Origin: an uncultured beta proteobacterium
GTDB taxonomy: Bacteria; Pseudomonadota; Gammaproteobacteria; Burkholderiales; Burkholderiaceae_C
Assembly: GCA_903885585.1 (NCBI GenBank)
Contig: CAISJH010000500.1
Span: forward strand, 22,039 to 86,038
Reading direction: 5' to 3'
Length of the DNA: 64,000 bases
Shown here: positions 1 through 9,721 of the stretch, in pieces
Layout: each line of letters starts with the position of its first letter
Numbering within the stretch: position 1 is the first letter of the stretch
Program-made: the position numbers and the translations under genes
Notes under the pieces: model-generated
Told to the model about the DNA's origin: nothing
Databases searched by the model: none
What the model saw: the letters and a program-made list of their open reading frames with translations, nothing else

Positions 1-2
1 TC

Positions 3-1736
3 GCTCCGCTGGAGCAAGCCCGCCCCGCCCAGTCGCCCGCTGTGCCTTCCAGCGCCCAGGTGGGTACCGACGCCGTGCGGCAGACCGCCAGCGAGCCGGT
101 GCCCCAGGCCCTGCGCCAGCGGTCCGAATCGGGCGCGCCGCTGTCCGGCGCCCGCGCCGTAGCCGGCGATGCAGCGCTGGGGGCCGAGCTGCAGGCGCAG
201 TTGGCCGACGACAGCGAGCCGACAGTCGAGGACGAAACACTGCCGCTGCCCGCCTTCAGCAAGGACAACCGGCTGAACGTCCAGGACTGCCGCGACTTCT
301 TGCAGACGCAGTTGGATGCCGCGCGCCGCTTGGCGCCTGCAGGCGACTTCGGTGCGCTGCAATCGAAAGTCGACTCCTTTCAGATGCCCACTCACGGCCA
401 GGGCAAGGTCGACAGCCAGGCCTTGAAGCACGACATCAAGGCCTTCACAGCCGAGGTCAAGCACGCGCTCAAGGCGTTGGATCCCGAGCTGGCAAGCCGA
501 CTGGAGCCCGCACGCCATGAGCTGCTGGCGCAAAAGGACATCTGGGCCACCGGCTACGCCACGTCCGACAGCGTCGGATGGAACCAGTTCACCCCCTTGG
601 CTGCCCTGCCCCATGTGCGCGAGGCCGCCAGCCTGGAGGCCCGCACCTGCCACGCCCACACCACCGATCAGCCCACCAACGCCTGGAAAACAAGCTATGG
701 CCCAGCCGAGCACCCGCCGCAGGCCACGTTCTATCGCAACGGCACCTTTGCGCCGCAGCCATCCAAGCTGGGCGAGAAGTGGTCGCACGATGACAAACAA
801 GCAGTTGCCAACGCCAGGGCAGAGACACTCGTCAAGTCCTTGATCGCCGACTTCATCGCCAGTCATCCGGGCCAGAAGGTGGATCACTTCACCTTCTCCA
901 ACCTCAACCTGATGAGCCGCTTCAATGGCGAGCCCAAGCTCACCCAGATCCACCACGCGGCGCTGCAAAGCCTGAACGGCCGCAGCTTCAACGTCACCGT
1001 CAACGGCCAGGCCCACGAGGTGCAGGTGGACGTGCGCGCCTGGCGCCAGGACATCAAGGACGCCAGTTACCTGGGCACCAACAAGGAAATGCGGGCTCAG
1101 AACCGCAGCGCCCTGCAGTCGCTGGACCAGGCCATCTCCCGGCTGTCCAGCGGCGGGAAGGTGCCACCCGCCCAGCTGCGAGACATGGAGAAACTTCGCG
1201 CCACCATCGGCCGCCAGCTGGAGCTCCAGGAGGTCAAGGGCATCACGCGCTTGTTCGAGAAGGTGGCCAGAGGTATTGCCAACCTGGCTGGCGGCGAGCG
1301 CGTCAGCCCACGCATGGACCCGTCCGAGGTGAGTGCACTCATCATCGCTCTGGAAAGCAAGATCGCCGAGCATGAGCCCGGGGCCATCTCGGAGGGCTGC
1401 AAGAGCGGCAAAGACCGTGGCTCCATCGTCGACGCCTCAGCCAAGGCCTTGCTGCACGAGATGGCCGAGCATGGCGGTCGTGTGCCTGACCATGTGCTGC
1501 GCCCCGGCTGGATGCTCGCCAAGGCCAAGGAAGACACTGCCTTTCGCAACGACTAGCACGACATCTTCCTCGGCAACTACGAGCTGCAGAAGGCCAACAC
1601 CGGCTTCAAGGGCTACATCACCAAGGACCTGAAAGTTGCCGTGCTCGGGGGCGAGAACTACATCGACCGCCTGGCCCACCTCGTGTTCGATGACAAGAAG
1701 GCCATCAAAGCAGGCAGCGGGATGATCAAGTCGTGA
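3..1736 (+). pseudogene. SopB/IpgD-like inositol/phosphoinositide phosphatase, putative T3SS effector; 5' end outside the window; interrupted by in-frame TAG at 1554-1556
   Basis: CX5R motif GCKSGKDRGS in ORF 42..1556, and the frame is open from base 3. After the TAG the same frame continues 59 codons (HDIFLGNYELQKANTG...KAGSGMIKS, TGA 1734-1736), resembling the SopB C-terminal GNxEIQKxNTG segment. Confidence 0.75.
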
Positions 1737-1818
1737 AGGCGGCACCGTACTTTCTTGGCCATCGGTCATTCTTCTTCAGCGAACGGCACCTGAACCCCGC
1801 CCGAACGAATCGCTCACC

Positions 1819-3471
1819 ATGACGCCCAACGCCTGCACGCCACTCACCAACGCCTCGGCGCCGCGACCGATAGCCATTGCCGCGTGGGTCGACCTGGCCG
1901 ATCGCCAGCCCGCCCACGCCCTGGTGGGAACCGTCGACCTGGTGATCGTGCGCTACGACGAGCAGGTCTCGGTGCTGTACGGCCGCTGCCTGCACCGCGG
2001 CGCGCTGATGGCCGACGGTTTCGTGCGCGGGGACAACCTGGTGTGCGGGCTGCATGACTGGGATTACCGCTTCGACACCGGCGTGTCGTCCTATAACCAC
2101 CACGAGGTGCTGCACAAGTTCAGCGCCTGGGTGTCCGACGGGCAGGTGTGGGTGGATGCGGCCGAGATTGACGCCTGGGCGCAGCGCAACCCGCAGCCTT
2201 TCGACCGGGAGGCCTACCTCGGCGCCTATGCCGACACCGGCCACGGTACGGCCGAAGAGCCGCAGGTGGCCATCATCCAGCGCTACGCCCGTGAGGGCCT
2301 GAGCAAGACCGGGCATCACGGTGCGGTCGAAGCCATGGGCGTGCCGCGCGAGCAACTGCCCAGCTGGGACGACATCCAGATCCTACCGGCGCAACTGCAC
2401 CGACCGCCCCTGCTGGACGACCACCCCGTAGGCACCGAGGTCGTCATCGGGCCGCGCGCGCGCAAGCCGCTGACGCTGCGGATTCCATTGTTTGTGTCCG
2501 ATATGAGCTTCGGCGCCTTGTCGGCCTCGGCCAAGGTGGCGCTGGCCCAAGGCGCCGAGATGGCCGGCACCGGCATCTGCTCAGGCGAAGGCGGCATGCT
2601 GGCCGAGGAGCAGCAGGCCAACTCCCGCTACTTCTACCAGCTGGCCTCGGCCCGCTTCGGTTTCGACTGGGCCAAGGTGCAAGCCGCCCAGGCGTTCCAC
2701 TTCAAAGGCGGCCAGGGCGCCAAGACCGGCACCGGGGGCCACCTGCCCGGCGCCAAGGTGACGCCCGAGATCGCTACCGTACGTGGCCTTCAGCCTGGGC
2801 AGGACGCCATCTCGCCCGCTCGTTTTCCGGATTGGACCGACGTGGCGCAGATCCGCGACTTTGCGGCCGAAGTGCGCGAGCGCACGGGCGGCATCCCGGT
2901 GGGCTACAAACTCTCGGCGCAGCAGGTGGAGCGTGACATCGACGCCGCGCTCGAGGTGGGCGTGGACTACATCATCCTGGACGGGCGTGGCGGCGGCACC
3001 GGTGCCGCGCCCGTGCTGTTCCGTGATCACATCTCCGTGCCAACCATTCCCGCCCTGGCCCGGGCTCGGCGTCATCTGGACCGCAGCGCCCGTGGTGACG
3101 TCACCCTCGTCATCACAGGCGGATTGCGCACCGCACCGGACTTCATCAAGGCCCTGGCGCTGGGGGCTGACGCCATCGCGCTGTCCAACGCTGCCTTGCA
3201 GGCCATCGGCTGCATCGCCATGCGCGCCTGCCAGACCAACAACTGCCCCGTGGGCATCGCCACGCAAAAGCCCCATCTGGTCAGCCGTCTGGCGGTGGAC
3301 AAGTCCGCCCGGCAGCTCGCCAACTTCCTCCTCGCCTGCACCGAGTTGATGCAGGTGATGGCCCGTGCCTGTGGCCACGACCACCTGTCGAAGTTCACGC
3401 TGGACGACCTCACCACCTGGAAGCCGGAGATGGCTCGCTTGTCGGGGGTGGCTTATGGTGGAGTAGGTTGA
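1819..3471 (+). CDS. Rieske 2Fe-2S domain fused to FMN-binding glutamate synthase-like domain
   Basis: Rieske motifs CLHRG and CGLHDW; glutamate-synthase FMN-domain motifs SDMSFGALS, SGEGG, GQGAKTGTGGHLPG, DGRGGGTGAAP and CxxxxxCxxxxCPVGIATQ. Confidence 0.9.
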   Translation: MTPNACTPLTNASAPRPIAIAAWVDLADRQPAHALVGTVDLVIVRYDEQVSVLYGRCLHRGALMADGFVRGDNLVCGLHDWDYRFDTGVSSYNHHEVLHKFSAWVSDGQVWVDAAEIDAWAQRNPQPFDREAYLGAYADTGHGTAEEPQVAIIQRYAREGLSKTGHHGAVEAMGVPREQLPSWDDIQILPAQLHRPPLLDDHPVGTEVVIGPRARKPLTLRIPLFVSDMSFGALSASAKVALAQGAEMAGTGICSGEGGMLAEEQQANSRYFYQLASARFGFDWAKVQAAQAFHFKGGQGAKTGTGGHLPGAKVTPEIATVRGLQPGQDAISPARFPDWTDVAQIRDFAAEVRERTGGIPVGYKLSAQQVERDIDAALEVGVDYIILDGRGGGTGAAPVLFRDHISVPTIPALARARRHLDRSARGDVTLVITGGLRTAPDFIKALALGADAIALSNAALQAIGCIAMRACQTNNCPVGIATQKPHLVSRLAVDKSARQLANFLLACTELMQVMARACGHDHLSKFTLDDLTTWKPEMARLSGVAYGGVG

Positions 3472-3492
3472 GCTGATTGACCTCCAGGTCAT

Positions 3493-3520
3493 CGATTCAT
3501 ATCATTAGCGATATGATTCG
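3493..3520. promoter_or_regulatory. Inverted repeat overlapping the PIN toxin start; probable TA autoregulation operator
   Basis: CGATTCATATC-attagc-GATATGATTCG (10/11 arm match) spanning the ATG at 3513. Confidence 0.5.
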
Positions 3521-3953
3521 AGCGGTTCTTGACACCAATGTGCTGGTTTCTGCAGGCCGAAGCCGTCTAGGGGCCTCCTTTGCCGTCTTGAAGGCGCTGC
3601 GACAGAGGCGCTTCCTTGCCTTGGTGTCTGTTCCATTGATGCTGGAGTACGAGGCAGTGCTCAAGAGGCCGGAACAGCTGCAAGCTGGAGGGCGAGACCA
3701 CCGCATGGTCGACGCGTTTCTCGATGCGTTTTGCGTCTATGCCCAACACGTTCACCTGCATGTCCTGTGGAGGCCGCAAACGCGGGACGCTGCCGATGAG
3801 ATGGTGCTTGAAACAGCTTTGAATGGCCAGGCAGATGCCCTGGTGACCTTGAATACCGCAGACTTTGCGCGAGCGGCGCTTCGTTTCAACCTGAACCTGC
3901 TGACGCCCGCGGCCTTCTTGCAGAGTTGGCTGCCTCCCACCAAGGAGAACTGA
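3513..3953 (+). CDS. PIN-domain toxin of a type II TA system
   Basis: VLDTNVLVSA N-terminal PIN motif; acidic residues in RDAADEMVLETA and LVTLNTADF; ATG 3513 chosen over TTG 3477. Confidence 0.85.
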   Translation: MIRAVLDTNVLVSAGRSRLGASFAVLKALRQRRFLALVSVPLMLEYEAVLKRPEQLQAGGRDHRMVDAFLDAFCVYAQHVHLHVLWRPQTRDAADEMVLETALNGQADALVTLNTADFARAALRFNLNLLTPAAFLQSWLPPTKEN

Positions 3954-3954
3954 C

Positions 3955-4230
3955 ATGGCCCATTACGCTTTGCGTGTACCTGAGTCGCTGTTTGAATATG
4001 CACGTAGCGTGGCTGAAGAGGAAAAGGTCTCGATGAACCAGTTCTTCGTGACAGCCATCGCCGAAAAGGTCTCGGCGTTGAAAACCGAGAGCTACTTTCG
4101 TGAGCGCATCGCGCGTGGCGAAGATGCGGGCTTTGACGCCTGGATGAGCGCGAGCCCCGACGCAGCACCGGATGCGGGAGACGAACTGCCGGCCTCACAC
4201 CCAGAGGGCGTCCATCAGCCGACGAGTTGA
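3955..4230 (+). CDS. Ribbon-helix-helix (HicB-like) antitoxin
   Basis: YALRVPESL...A+EEKVSMNQF..AIAEK RHH pattern; starts 1 nt after the PIN gene stop, AGGAG RBS. Confidence 0.8.
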   Translation: MAHYALRVPESLFEYARSVAEEEKVSMNQFFVTAIAEKVSALKTESYFRERIARGEDAGFDAWMSASPDAAPDAGDELPASHPEGVHQPTS

Positions 4231-4303
4231 CCCGTTGCCCACCAGCCCACGCCGCCCATGACTGGGCCGCTGGGCATCGGCGTGGCCATCCTCAGCCCCT
4301 TGC

Positions 4304-5095
4304 TCACACCCTCGTGATACCCGCCAGCGGGGCATCCACCATCAGCAGGTCACTGTGCCGGTAGACCCGGCCGCGCAGACGCACCGGGTCTGCGACCAGA
4401 GGCAGCAAGTCGGGACCGTAGGCGGCGCCCCCTTGGCGCATGATCATCAAGGCGCCGCGGCCAGAACCGTCGCGGGCGAAGAAGGCGGGCGGTATGCCGC
4501 CGCGGATGCACAGCGCGGCGCAGGCCTTGTGGGTCTTGCCCTGGGCGGGGCGCATGGCGCCGAACCAGCACTTGGCGTCGAGGATCTCGCCAGTCAGATC
4601 CACCTCGCCGAGGAACTCGGGCTCGGGCATGGTGAGAACCGGGTCTGCCGCAGCGCCTTCATCACGGCGGATCCACGGCCCGTTCTCGTCGACGGCAATC
4701 ATGGCGTGGCGGCCGCGCTGGATGAGGCTGCCCGTCACCACCACCGGCTGACCCGCCAGCGCCGCAATCTGATCGTTCACGCCGCACTTGCCCAGGCAGG
4801 ACAGCAAGGCGGTGCGGGGATCACCACCGGCGGTTGAGGGCGTTGTCGCGCCAAGGTCCCGGGTGCGCAGCGTGGCATAGGGTGCGGCGCTGACCTGGCC
4901 ACGCCATTCGCGAACGTCATCCGGGTTCCATTGACCTGGCCCAGGTGGGCGCTGCAGCGCAGCCAGTGTGCCGCCCAGCGCCACGGCGCCGAGGCTCAAA
5001 CCCACGCCCGCGCGAAGGAAGAAGCGCCGGTCGGCAGCTGGCGTGTCGGCCCAGCCGATGAAGAAGTCCTGCTCATTGCTTGCGGGTTCGGTCAT
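4304..5095 (-). CDS. Membrane-anchored hypothetical protein with Cys/His cluster
   Basis: RRFFLR followed by a hydrophobic helix; KCWFGAMRP..GKTHKACAALCIRGGIP; last gene of a coupled operon. Confidence 0.7.
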   Translation of the reverse strand: MTEPASNEQDFFIGWADTPAADRRFFLRAGVGLSLGAVALGGTLAALQRPPGPGQWNPDDVREWRGQVSAAPYATLRTRDLGATTPSTAGGDPRTALLSCLGKCGVNDQIAALAGQPVVVTGSLIQRGRHAMIAVDENGPWIRRDEGAAADPVLTMPEPEFLGEVDLTGEILDAKCWFGAMRPAQGKTHKACAALCIRGGIPPAFFARDGSGRGALMIMRQGGAAYGPDLLPLVADPVRLRGRVYRHSDLLMVDAPLAGITRV

Positions 5096-5099
5096 GGCG

Positions 5100-6152
5100 T
5101 CAATCGTTCACGGGCCTGATGAGCGACGGCGCCACCCAAGCTCCCGGTGGCAGAGGTTCGGGGTTGACATAGACGACGCCGCGCTCAATGCGGGTGGCGA
5201 AGGTGGCGATGCGCTCGGTGAAGGGCGGCGGCGAACAACCGTCCTCAGGCCTGTACTGGTAGCCATGCCAAGGGCAGGTGATGCACCCGTCGACGATGCG
5301 ACCTTCGCCCAGCGGGCCACCCTGGTGGCGGCAGACGTTGGAGACGGCGCTGACCTTCGCGCCATCGCGGAACACGGCGATGCGCTGCTCGTTAGCCGCT
5401 TGAACCACGCGCGCCCGGCCGTCAGGCAAGCCTGCCGCCGGGCCGACTGCCAGCCAACCCTGGAGGCTGGCCTTGGCTTCCACAGCCCCCAAGGCGACGA
5501 CGTGGGTATAGACATGCAGCCCTGCCACGAGGCCACAGCCCACCGCGAGCATGGCGAAGTACACCGGGTGGGGTTCTGTCAACAGCGCCCCCAGCGCCAC
5601 GTGCGCCACCAGCAAGGCGTAGGCCACGTAACCGGCCATGTGCAGGGTCTTCCACACGCGCGGCCCCAGGTTGGCATTCCAGAAGTCGTGGCTGGTGGCA
5701 GCCAGCAGAAAAAGCAGAACGAGCGCGACCAGCCCGAGCGCTTCGAAGGGGAAGCCCCCCAGACTGTCGTAACGCGGGTTGGAGACCAGCAATGACAACA
5801 GCGGGTTGATCACACCGAAGCCGTGGTACCAGATCAGCACCAGCACGCCGTGGGCCAAACCGACCACAAAGGTGAACACGCCCAGGTGGCGGCGGTTGTA
5901 CAAAAAGGGCTTGAAGCGAGGCGTCAGGCGCGCCAGCGGCCCGATGCTGAGCACGAAGCTGAATTGCAGGAAGGCCAACGTGCCCGTGGCGCGGATCAGC
6001 ATCTGCAGCGGCGTGAAGCTCTCGCCATCGGGTGTGACCAAGCTGGACACGCCGACAAAAGTCAGCAGATACAGGCCCGCGCCCGCCAGCATCCAGGTGT
6101 CGAAGCGGCGTTTGAAAGCGGTCCACCCGACGGTCTGGTAGCTGTGCGACAT
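5100..6152 (-). CDS. Ferric reductase-like transmembrane domain plus C-terminal Rieske 2Fe-2S domain
   Basis: NRRHLGV, LAATSHD and WKTLH heme-ligand motifs with several TM helices; CRHQGGPL and CPWHGY; ATG at 6152 overlaps the upstream stop. Confidence 0.85.
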   Translation of the reverse strand: MSHSYQTVGWTAFKRRFDTWMLAGAGLYLLTFVGVSSLVTPDGESFTPLQMLIRATGTLAFLQFSFVLSIGPLARLTPRFKPFLYNRRHLGVFTFVVGLAHGVLVLIWYHGFGVINPLLSLLVSNPRYDSLGGFPFEALGLVALVLLFLLAATSHDFWNANLGPRVWKTLHMAGYVAYALLVAHVALGALLTEPHPVYFAMLAVGCGLVAGLHVYTHVVALGAVEAKASLQGWLAVGPAAGLPDGRARVVQAANEQRIAVFRDGAKVSAVSNVCRHQGGPLGEGRIVDGCITCPWHGYQYRPEDGCSPPPFTERIATFATRIERGVVYVNPEPLPPGAWVAPSLIRPVND

Positions 6153-6301
6153 CAGGGCTTCTCGGCAGGGACGGCGGCGGGCCATCCCCGGTTGGCAGGT
6201 GGGTCGAGAACGGTTCCTGCTGCAGTCACTAACAACACCGCCAGCAGCAGCGGCACGATGCGCCACCACCAGCGGCGAAAACGGCGGTGACGGGGTGTCA
6301 T
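6152..6301 (-). CDS. Small (49 aa) membrane protein
   Basis: MTPRHRRFRRWWWRIVPLLLAVLLVTAAG; translationally coupled at both ends. Confidence 0.6.
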   Translation of the reverse strand: MTPRHRRFRRWWWRIVPLLLAVLLVTAAGTVLDPPANRGWPAAVPAEKP

Positions 6302-6546
6302 GTGACGGGCGGCCCTTGGCGGGTCGTCCATTTGCGCAGCATCAGCGGCCACAGCAAGGCGGCACCGGGCCACAGCAGCAGACGCACGGTCCAGCGCAGG
6401 TGGCGGGCAGCCGGGTCGATGCGGGGCGCCCCAAAGACCACGAAGACCAGCCCCATGACGGCCCCCAGCACAGCATAAACGCCAACCCCGGTGAGGATGG
6501 CTTGTGCGACCACTTCTGCGATCGATGCTGCGGCCAAGAGATTCAT
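6298..6546 (-). CDS. Small two-helix membrane protein
   Basis: 82 aa with two hydrophobic segments and a RIDPAA...RLLLWPG motif; ATGA overlap with the next gene. Confidence 0.7.
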   Translation of the reverse strand: MNLLAAASIAEVVAQAILTGVGVYAVLGAVMGLVFVVFGAPRIDPAARHLRWTVRLLLWPGAALLWPLMLRKWTTRQGPPVT

Positions 6547-6557
6547 ACTTTAGTCTA
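6544..6557. promoter_or_regulatory. TAGAC-N4-GTCTA box (copy 1)
   Basis: CATACTTTAGTCTA; overlaps the start codon at 6546 in a divergent promoter region. Confidence 0.55.
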
Positions 6558-6676
6558 ACATTTGTACTGTGCTTCACGGCACCTTTCCCTTGCAATGGGA
6601 GGCGCACGGTGCCGCACCAGCTTGCCGTGAAGTCATGTCCAACCCGCTCGAGCCCCATTCACATCAAGGAATTCAG

Positions 6677-7177
6677 ATGCCCGTCATGCAAGCCCAAACC
6701 GCCCCCAAGACCAGCCGCCGTGGCGCGCTGCTGGTGGTCGCCGCCAGCGTGTTCACCAGCTTCGGCGCCTTGGCCGCACCGCCCATCAACACGCTGAAAG
6801 GGGGCTTCTTCGGGGGCCACACCGACACCGCCATCCTGGGCTATGACACGGTGGCGTACTTCACCGAGGGCAAGCCGGTCAAAGGTCAGGACGCCTACGT
6901 CCACACCTGGATGGGCGCCAAGTGGAAGTTCACCTCCCAGCGCCACCTCGATCTGTTCAAGGCCGAGCCGATGAAGTACGCCCCTCAGTACGGCGGCTAC
7001 TGTGCGTATGGCGTGTCGCAAGGCAACCTGGTCAGCATCGAGCCCGACAAGTTCCGTATCCTGGACGGCAAGCTCTACCTCAACTACGACGCCGACATCC
7101 AGACCAAGTGGCTGAAAGACCCGGCCGGCTTCATCAGGCAGGCCGATGCGCGGTTTGCGGACTTGCTTAAGAAGTGA
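6677..7177 (+). CDS. Exported YHS-domain protein
   Basis: Signal peptide (SRRGALLVV...ALA); AILGYDTVAYF, YAPQYGGYCAYG and DGKLYLNY; AAGGA RBS before ATG 6677. Confidence 0.85.
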   Translation: MPVMQAQTAPKTSRRGALLVVAASVFTSFGALAAPPINTLKGGFFGGHTDTAILGYDTVAYFTEGKPVKGQDAYVHTWMGAKWKFTSQRHLDLFKAEPMKYAPQYGGYCAYGVSQGNLVSIEPDKFRILDGKLYLNYDADIQTKWLKDPAGFIRQADARFADLLKK

Positions 7178-7207
7178 GGCGAGCGGATTAACACTTGGCC
7201 CAGGAAT

Positions 7208-7221
7208 TAGACGAAAGTAGA
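7208..7221. promoter_or_regulatory. TAGAC-N4-GTCTA box (copy 2) within a sigma70-like promoter
   Basis: TAGACGAAAGTAGA; TTGGCC (7195) - 17 nt - TAGATT (7218). Confidence 0.55.
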
Positions 7222-7265
7222 TTGGGAGGCATCAACCAATATCCCTGCCTACGGAGTCAGTCCTC

Positions 7266-9698
7266 ATGCCCGGACCGTACATTGGCCACTCGCTGCCCGA
7301 CATCCTCCACGTCGTCAACCGCGCCCTGAACGAGGGCAAGCAGTTGCAGGTCAACCAGGACGGCAGCGTGCAGCTGGCCAGCCTGGGCACCCGCATCCTG
7401 CGCGCACTCAACGGCTTTGGCCAGTCGGCAGACTGGCGCTTCCAGCAGCAGGTCAAGGTGGCCGATGCCGTGCGGGTGGCCATCGGAGATAGCGTACGCG
7501 CCGGCGCATCACCCGGTGTCGGGCGCTACGACAAGTTGTTCCGCGACATCCAGCAGGTGAATGCCGAGAGCACTGCGGGCCAGCTCCCGGTGGCCAGATA
7601 CCTCGAGGTGCTCAGTCACTTCGACCACAAGGACACCATCGCGCAGGTGATGACCGAGTCCGCCAATGCAGCCGGCGCGGCCTACGCGGCCGAGGCAAAC
7701 GAACCCGCACAGACGACGGCCCAGCCGACCACCACCCAGGACTACCGGCCCCTGGCCGATGTGCGCTCGTCGCTCCAGGCCACGGTGCGCGTGGAGGAAC
7801 TGCTGGCCAAGCTCGACCCCGCCAAGGCCCAGCCCATCAGAGACGAACTTGTGCTGTACCGCCAGGCGACGGCCGACCACAACGTGGCCGCCGACCCGGC
7901 CCAGCGTGCCGCACAAGCCGCCATCCTGCTCACGCGGCTGGGCGTCTTGGGCGAGAAGGTCGATGCCCTGGTGGCCGACCCGGCGCTGTCCAAGGCTGCC
8001 CACAAGGCCATGGACGACTTGAGCGAGCGCGTCGAGGCCGATCTGCACCTGATTGGCGCCGTGCTGGCCAACCGCCGTAACCTGAGCACCGTGCCCACCG
8101 TCAGCTGGCAACAGGCCATTGAGTTGCGCCGCCTGGGCATCGACCTGCAGCCTGGGCTGATCCACAGCGGCACGCTGGATCTCAGCACCGTCAAGCCCTT
8201 GGGGCATGGCTTCTTGAACACGGTCTACGAGGTCAAGGGCACGAACGGCGAAGACTTCGTCTACAAGCCCGGTAAGCCGGTGGACCGCCAGGGCGCGGCC
8301 GTGATGATCATGGCCGCCAGGGCTGGTGCCGAAGTCGTTGAGCCCGTCGTGGTCAACCAGCGCCGCAACGCCGATGAGTTCATGGTGCGCTCGGCGGTGG
8401 ACATGCGCTACGAGGCCCGCAACGTCGCCGCTTCACGGTTGGACGAACTGCTGGGCGCCGGGGTGATCGTGCGCAGCCAGATCGCACAGGTGCCGACCTC
8501 GCTGCTGACCAACGGCGGCGTGATGGTGTCGGCAGGGCAAATCAACACCCCTGGGGAGAACGCCGAGGCCGTGTCCAATCAGGGCCTGCTGATGTCGCGT
8601 GCGCCGGGCATGGAGGCCAGAAAGCTCATTGACTCCGGCATCCTGCTCAAGATCCAGAACAACGGCGCCTTCATGCGGGACCTGAACTCGCTGGCGCTCG
8701 TGGACTGCCTGTTGTGCAGCATGGATCGCCACTCGGGCAACTTCCACATCGATGTCTCAGACGACGGCACCTACCGCGGCCTGACGGGCATCGACAACGA
8801 CTTCAGCCTGCAAGGGGCCGACTTCGACCTCAAGGCCTTCCACAACCTGTCGGAACGCGACAGGCAGGTGCTGGACCGCACCGTCCACGGCCAGATCACG
8901 AAGGCCTTCAAAGACGTTGGTCTCGGTGTCTACGCCACGCAACCGGCCAACCGCAAGGCCGTGGCGGACTTGGCGGTAGGCCTGCCGCAAGCCACCCAGA
9001 CCGCCCTGTTGCAACACGTCGACGCCTATGTTGCAAAAGCCCAAGAACTGGGCTTCAGGCACTTCTTCGGCTCACCCGAGATGCAGGGTCTGATGCACAC
9101 GTTGCAGATGCAGGCGCGTGAGTCAGGTGTACCGGACGATCATCCAGTGGGTCAGCACCTGGCACGCGCGCTGGAAGCATCTCGCACTCTCGCGGACGTC
9201 TACATCGAGGAAGAGCAGATCGTCGAACGGCAGAAGGCCAAGGGTGTGAGCGGCGCCGACCCGCTACACAACATCGGCCTGCCCGGCGCGGTGGACCGAG
9301 TCCTGGCCGAGCGAGTCCTCGCGCCCGACTTCGAGTCCCAGATGGTCCAGGCCTACACCGGCCTGCTCACCCCGCAGGAAATCAGCAAGGCCGTGGACCG
9401 CTTGCACGTGGTGCAAGACCACCTGCGCGGCCTGGAATCCGCCGGGCGCCTGCTCAACGTCGATGAGTGGAAGGCTGAACGTGTGGATCGCAACGGGGTT
9501 CGTCTCGACGAGATCCAGAGCGACCCGCGCCATAACCACCTCTCGCGAATGAAAGAGCGCTACGAGGTCAAGCTGGCCGATGAAGCTGAAAAGCAGGCCA
9601 AAGCGGCGGCCAAGGCGGCGGCGCAGGCTGCGGCTGCAGCTGCAGCAGCGGTGGTGCCACCCGTGGGTCCCGCAAGTGCCGCCGGCCCCTCGGTCTGA
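7266..9698 (+). CDS. Putative T3SS effector with PI3/PI4-kinase-like atypical kinase domain
   Basis: G-loop LGHGFLNTVYEV, FVYKP, EARNVAASRLDELLG, catalytic DRHSGN and GIDND; effector-like N-terminus; Ala-rich tail. Confidence 0.7.
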   Translation: MPGPYIGHSLPDILHVVNRALNEGKQLQVNQDGSVQLASLGTRILRALNGFGQSADWRFQQQVKVADAVRVAIGDSVRAGASPGVGRYDKLFRDIQQVNAESTAGQLPVARYLEVLSHFDHKDTIAQVMTESANAAGAAYAAEANEPAQTTAQPTTTQDYRPLADVRSSLQATVRVEELLAKLDPAKAQPIRDELVLYRQATADHNVAADPAQRAAQAAILLTRLGVLGEKVDALVADPALSKAAHKAMDDLSERVEADLHLIGAVLANRRNLSTVPTVSWQQAIELRRLGIDLQPGLIHSGTLDLSTVKPLGHGFLNTVYEVKGTNGEDFVYKPGKPVDRQGAAVMIMAARAGAEVVEPVVVNQRRNADEFMVRSAVDMRYEARNVAASRLDELLGAGVIVRSQIAQVPTSLLTNGGVMVSAGQINTPGENAEAVSNQGLLMSRAPGMEARKLIDSGILLKIQNNGAFMRDLNSLALVDCLLCSMDRHSGNFHIDVSDDGTYRGLTGIDNDFSLQGADFDLKAFHNLSERDRQVLDRTVHGQITKAFKDVGLGVYATQPANRKAVADLAVGLPQATQTALLQHVDAYVAKAQELGFRHFFGSPEMQGLMHTLQMQARESGVPDDHPVGQHLARALEASRTLADVYIEEEQIVERQKAKGVSGADPLHNIGLPGAVDRVLAERVLAPDFESQMVQAYTGLLTPQEISKAVDRLHVVQDHLRGLESAGRLLNVDEWKAERVDRNGVRLDEIQSDPRHNHLSRMKERYEVKLADEAEKQAKAAAKAAAQAAAAAAAAVVPPVGPASAAGPSV

Positions 9699-9721
9699 AC
9701 CTAAGCAGCCGAGGACCTTGC

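Noticed and set aside
1554-1556. Pyrrolysine or genome-wide TAG recoding
   Set aside because: No pyl genes in the window, and TAG terminates other complete genes.
6677-7177. Selenoprotein variant of the YHS protein
   Set aside because: GGYC uses TGT (Cys); there is no in-frame TGA.
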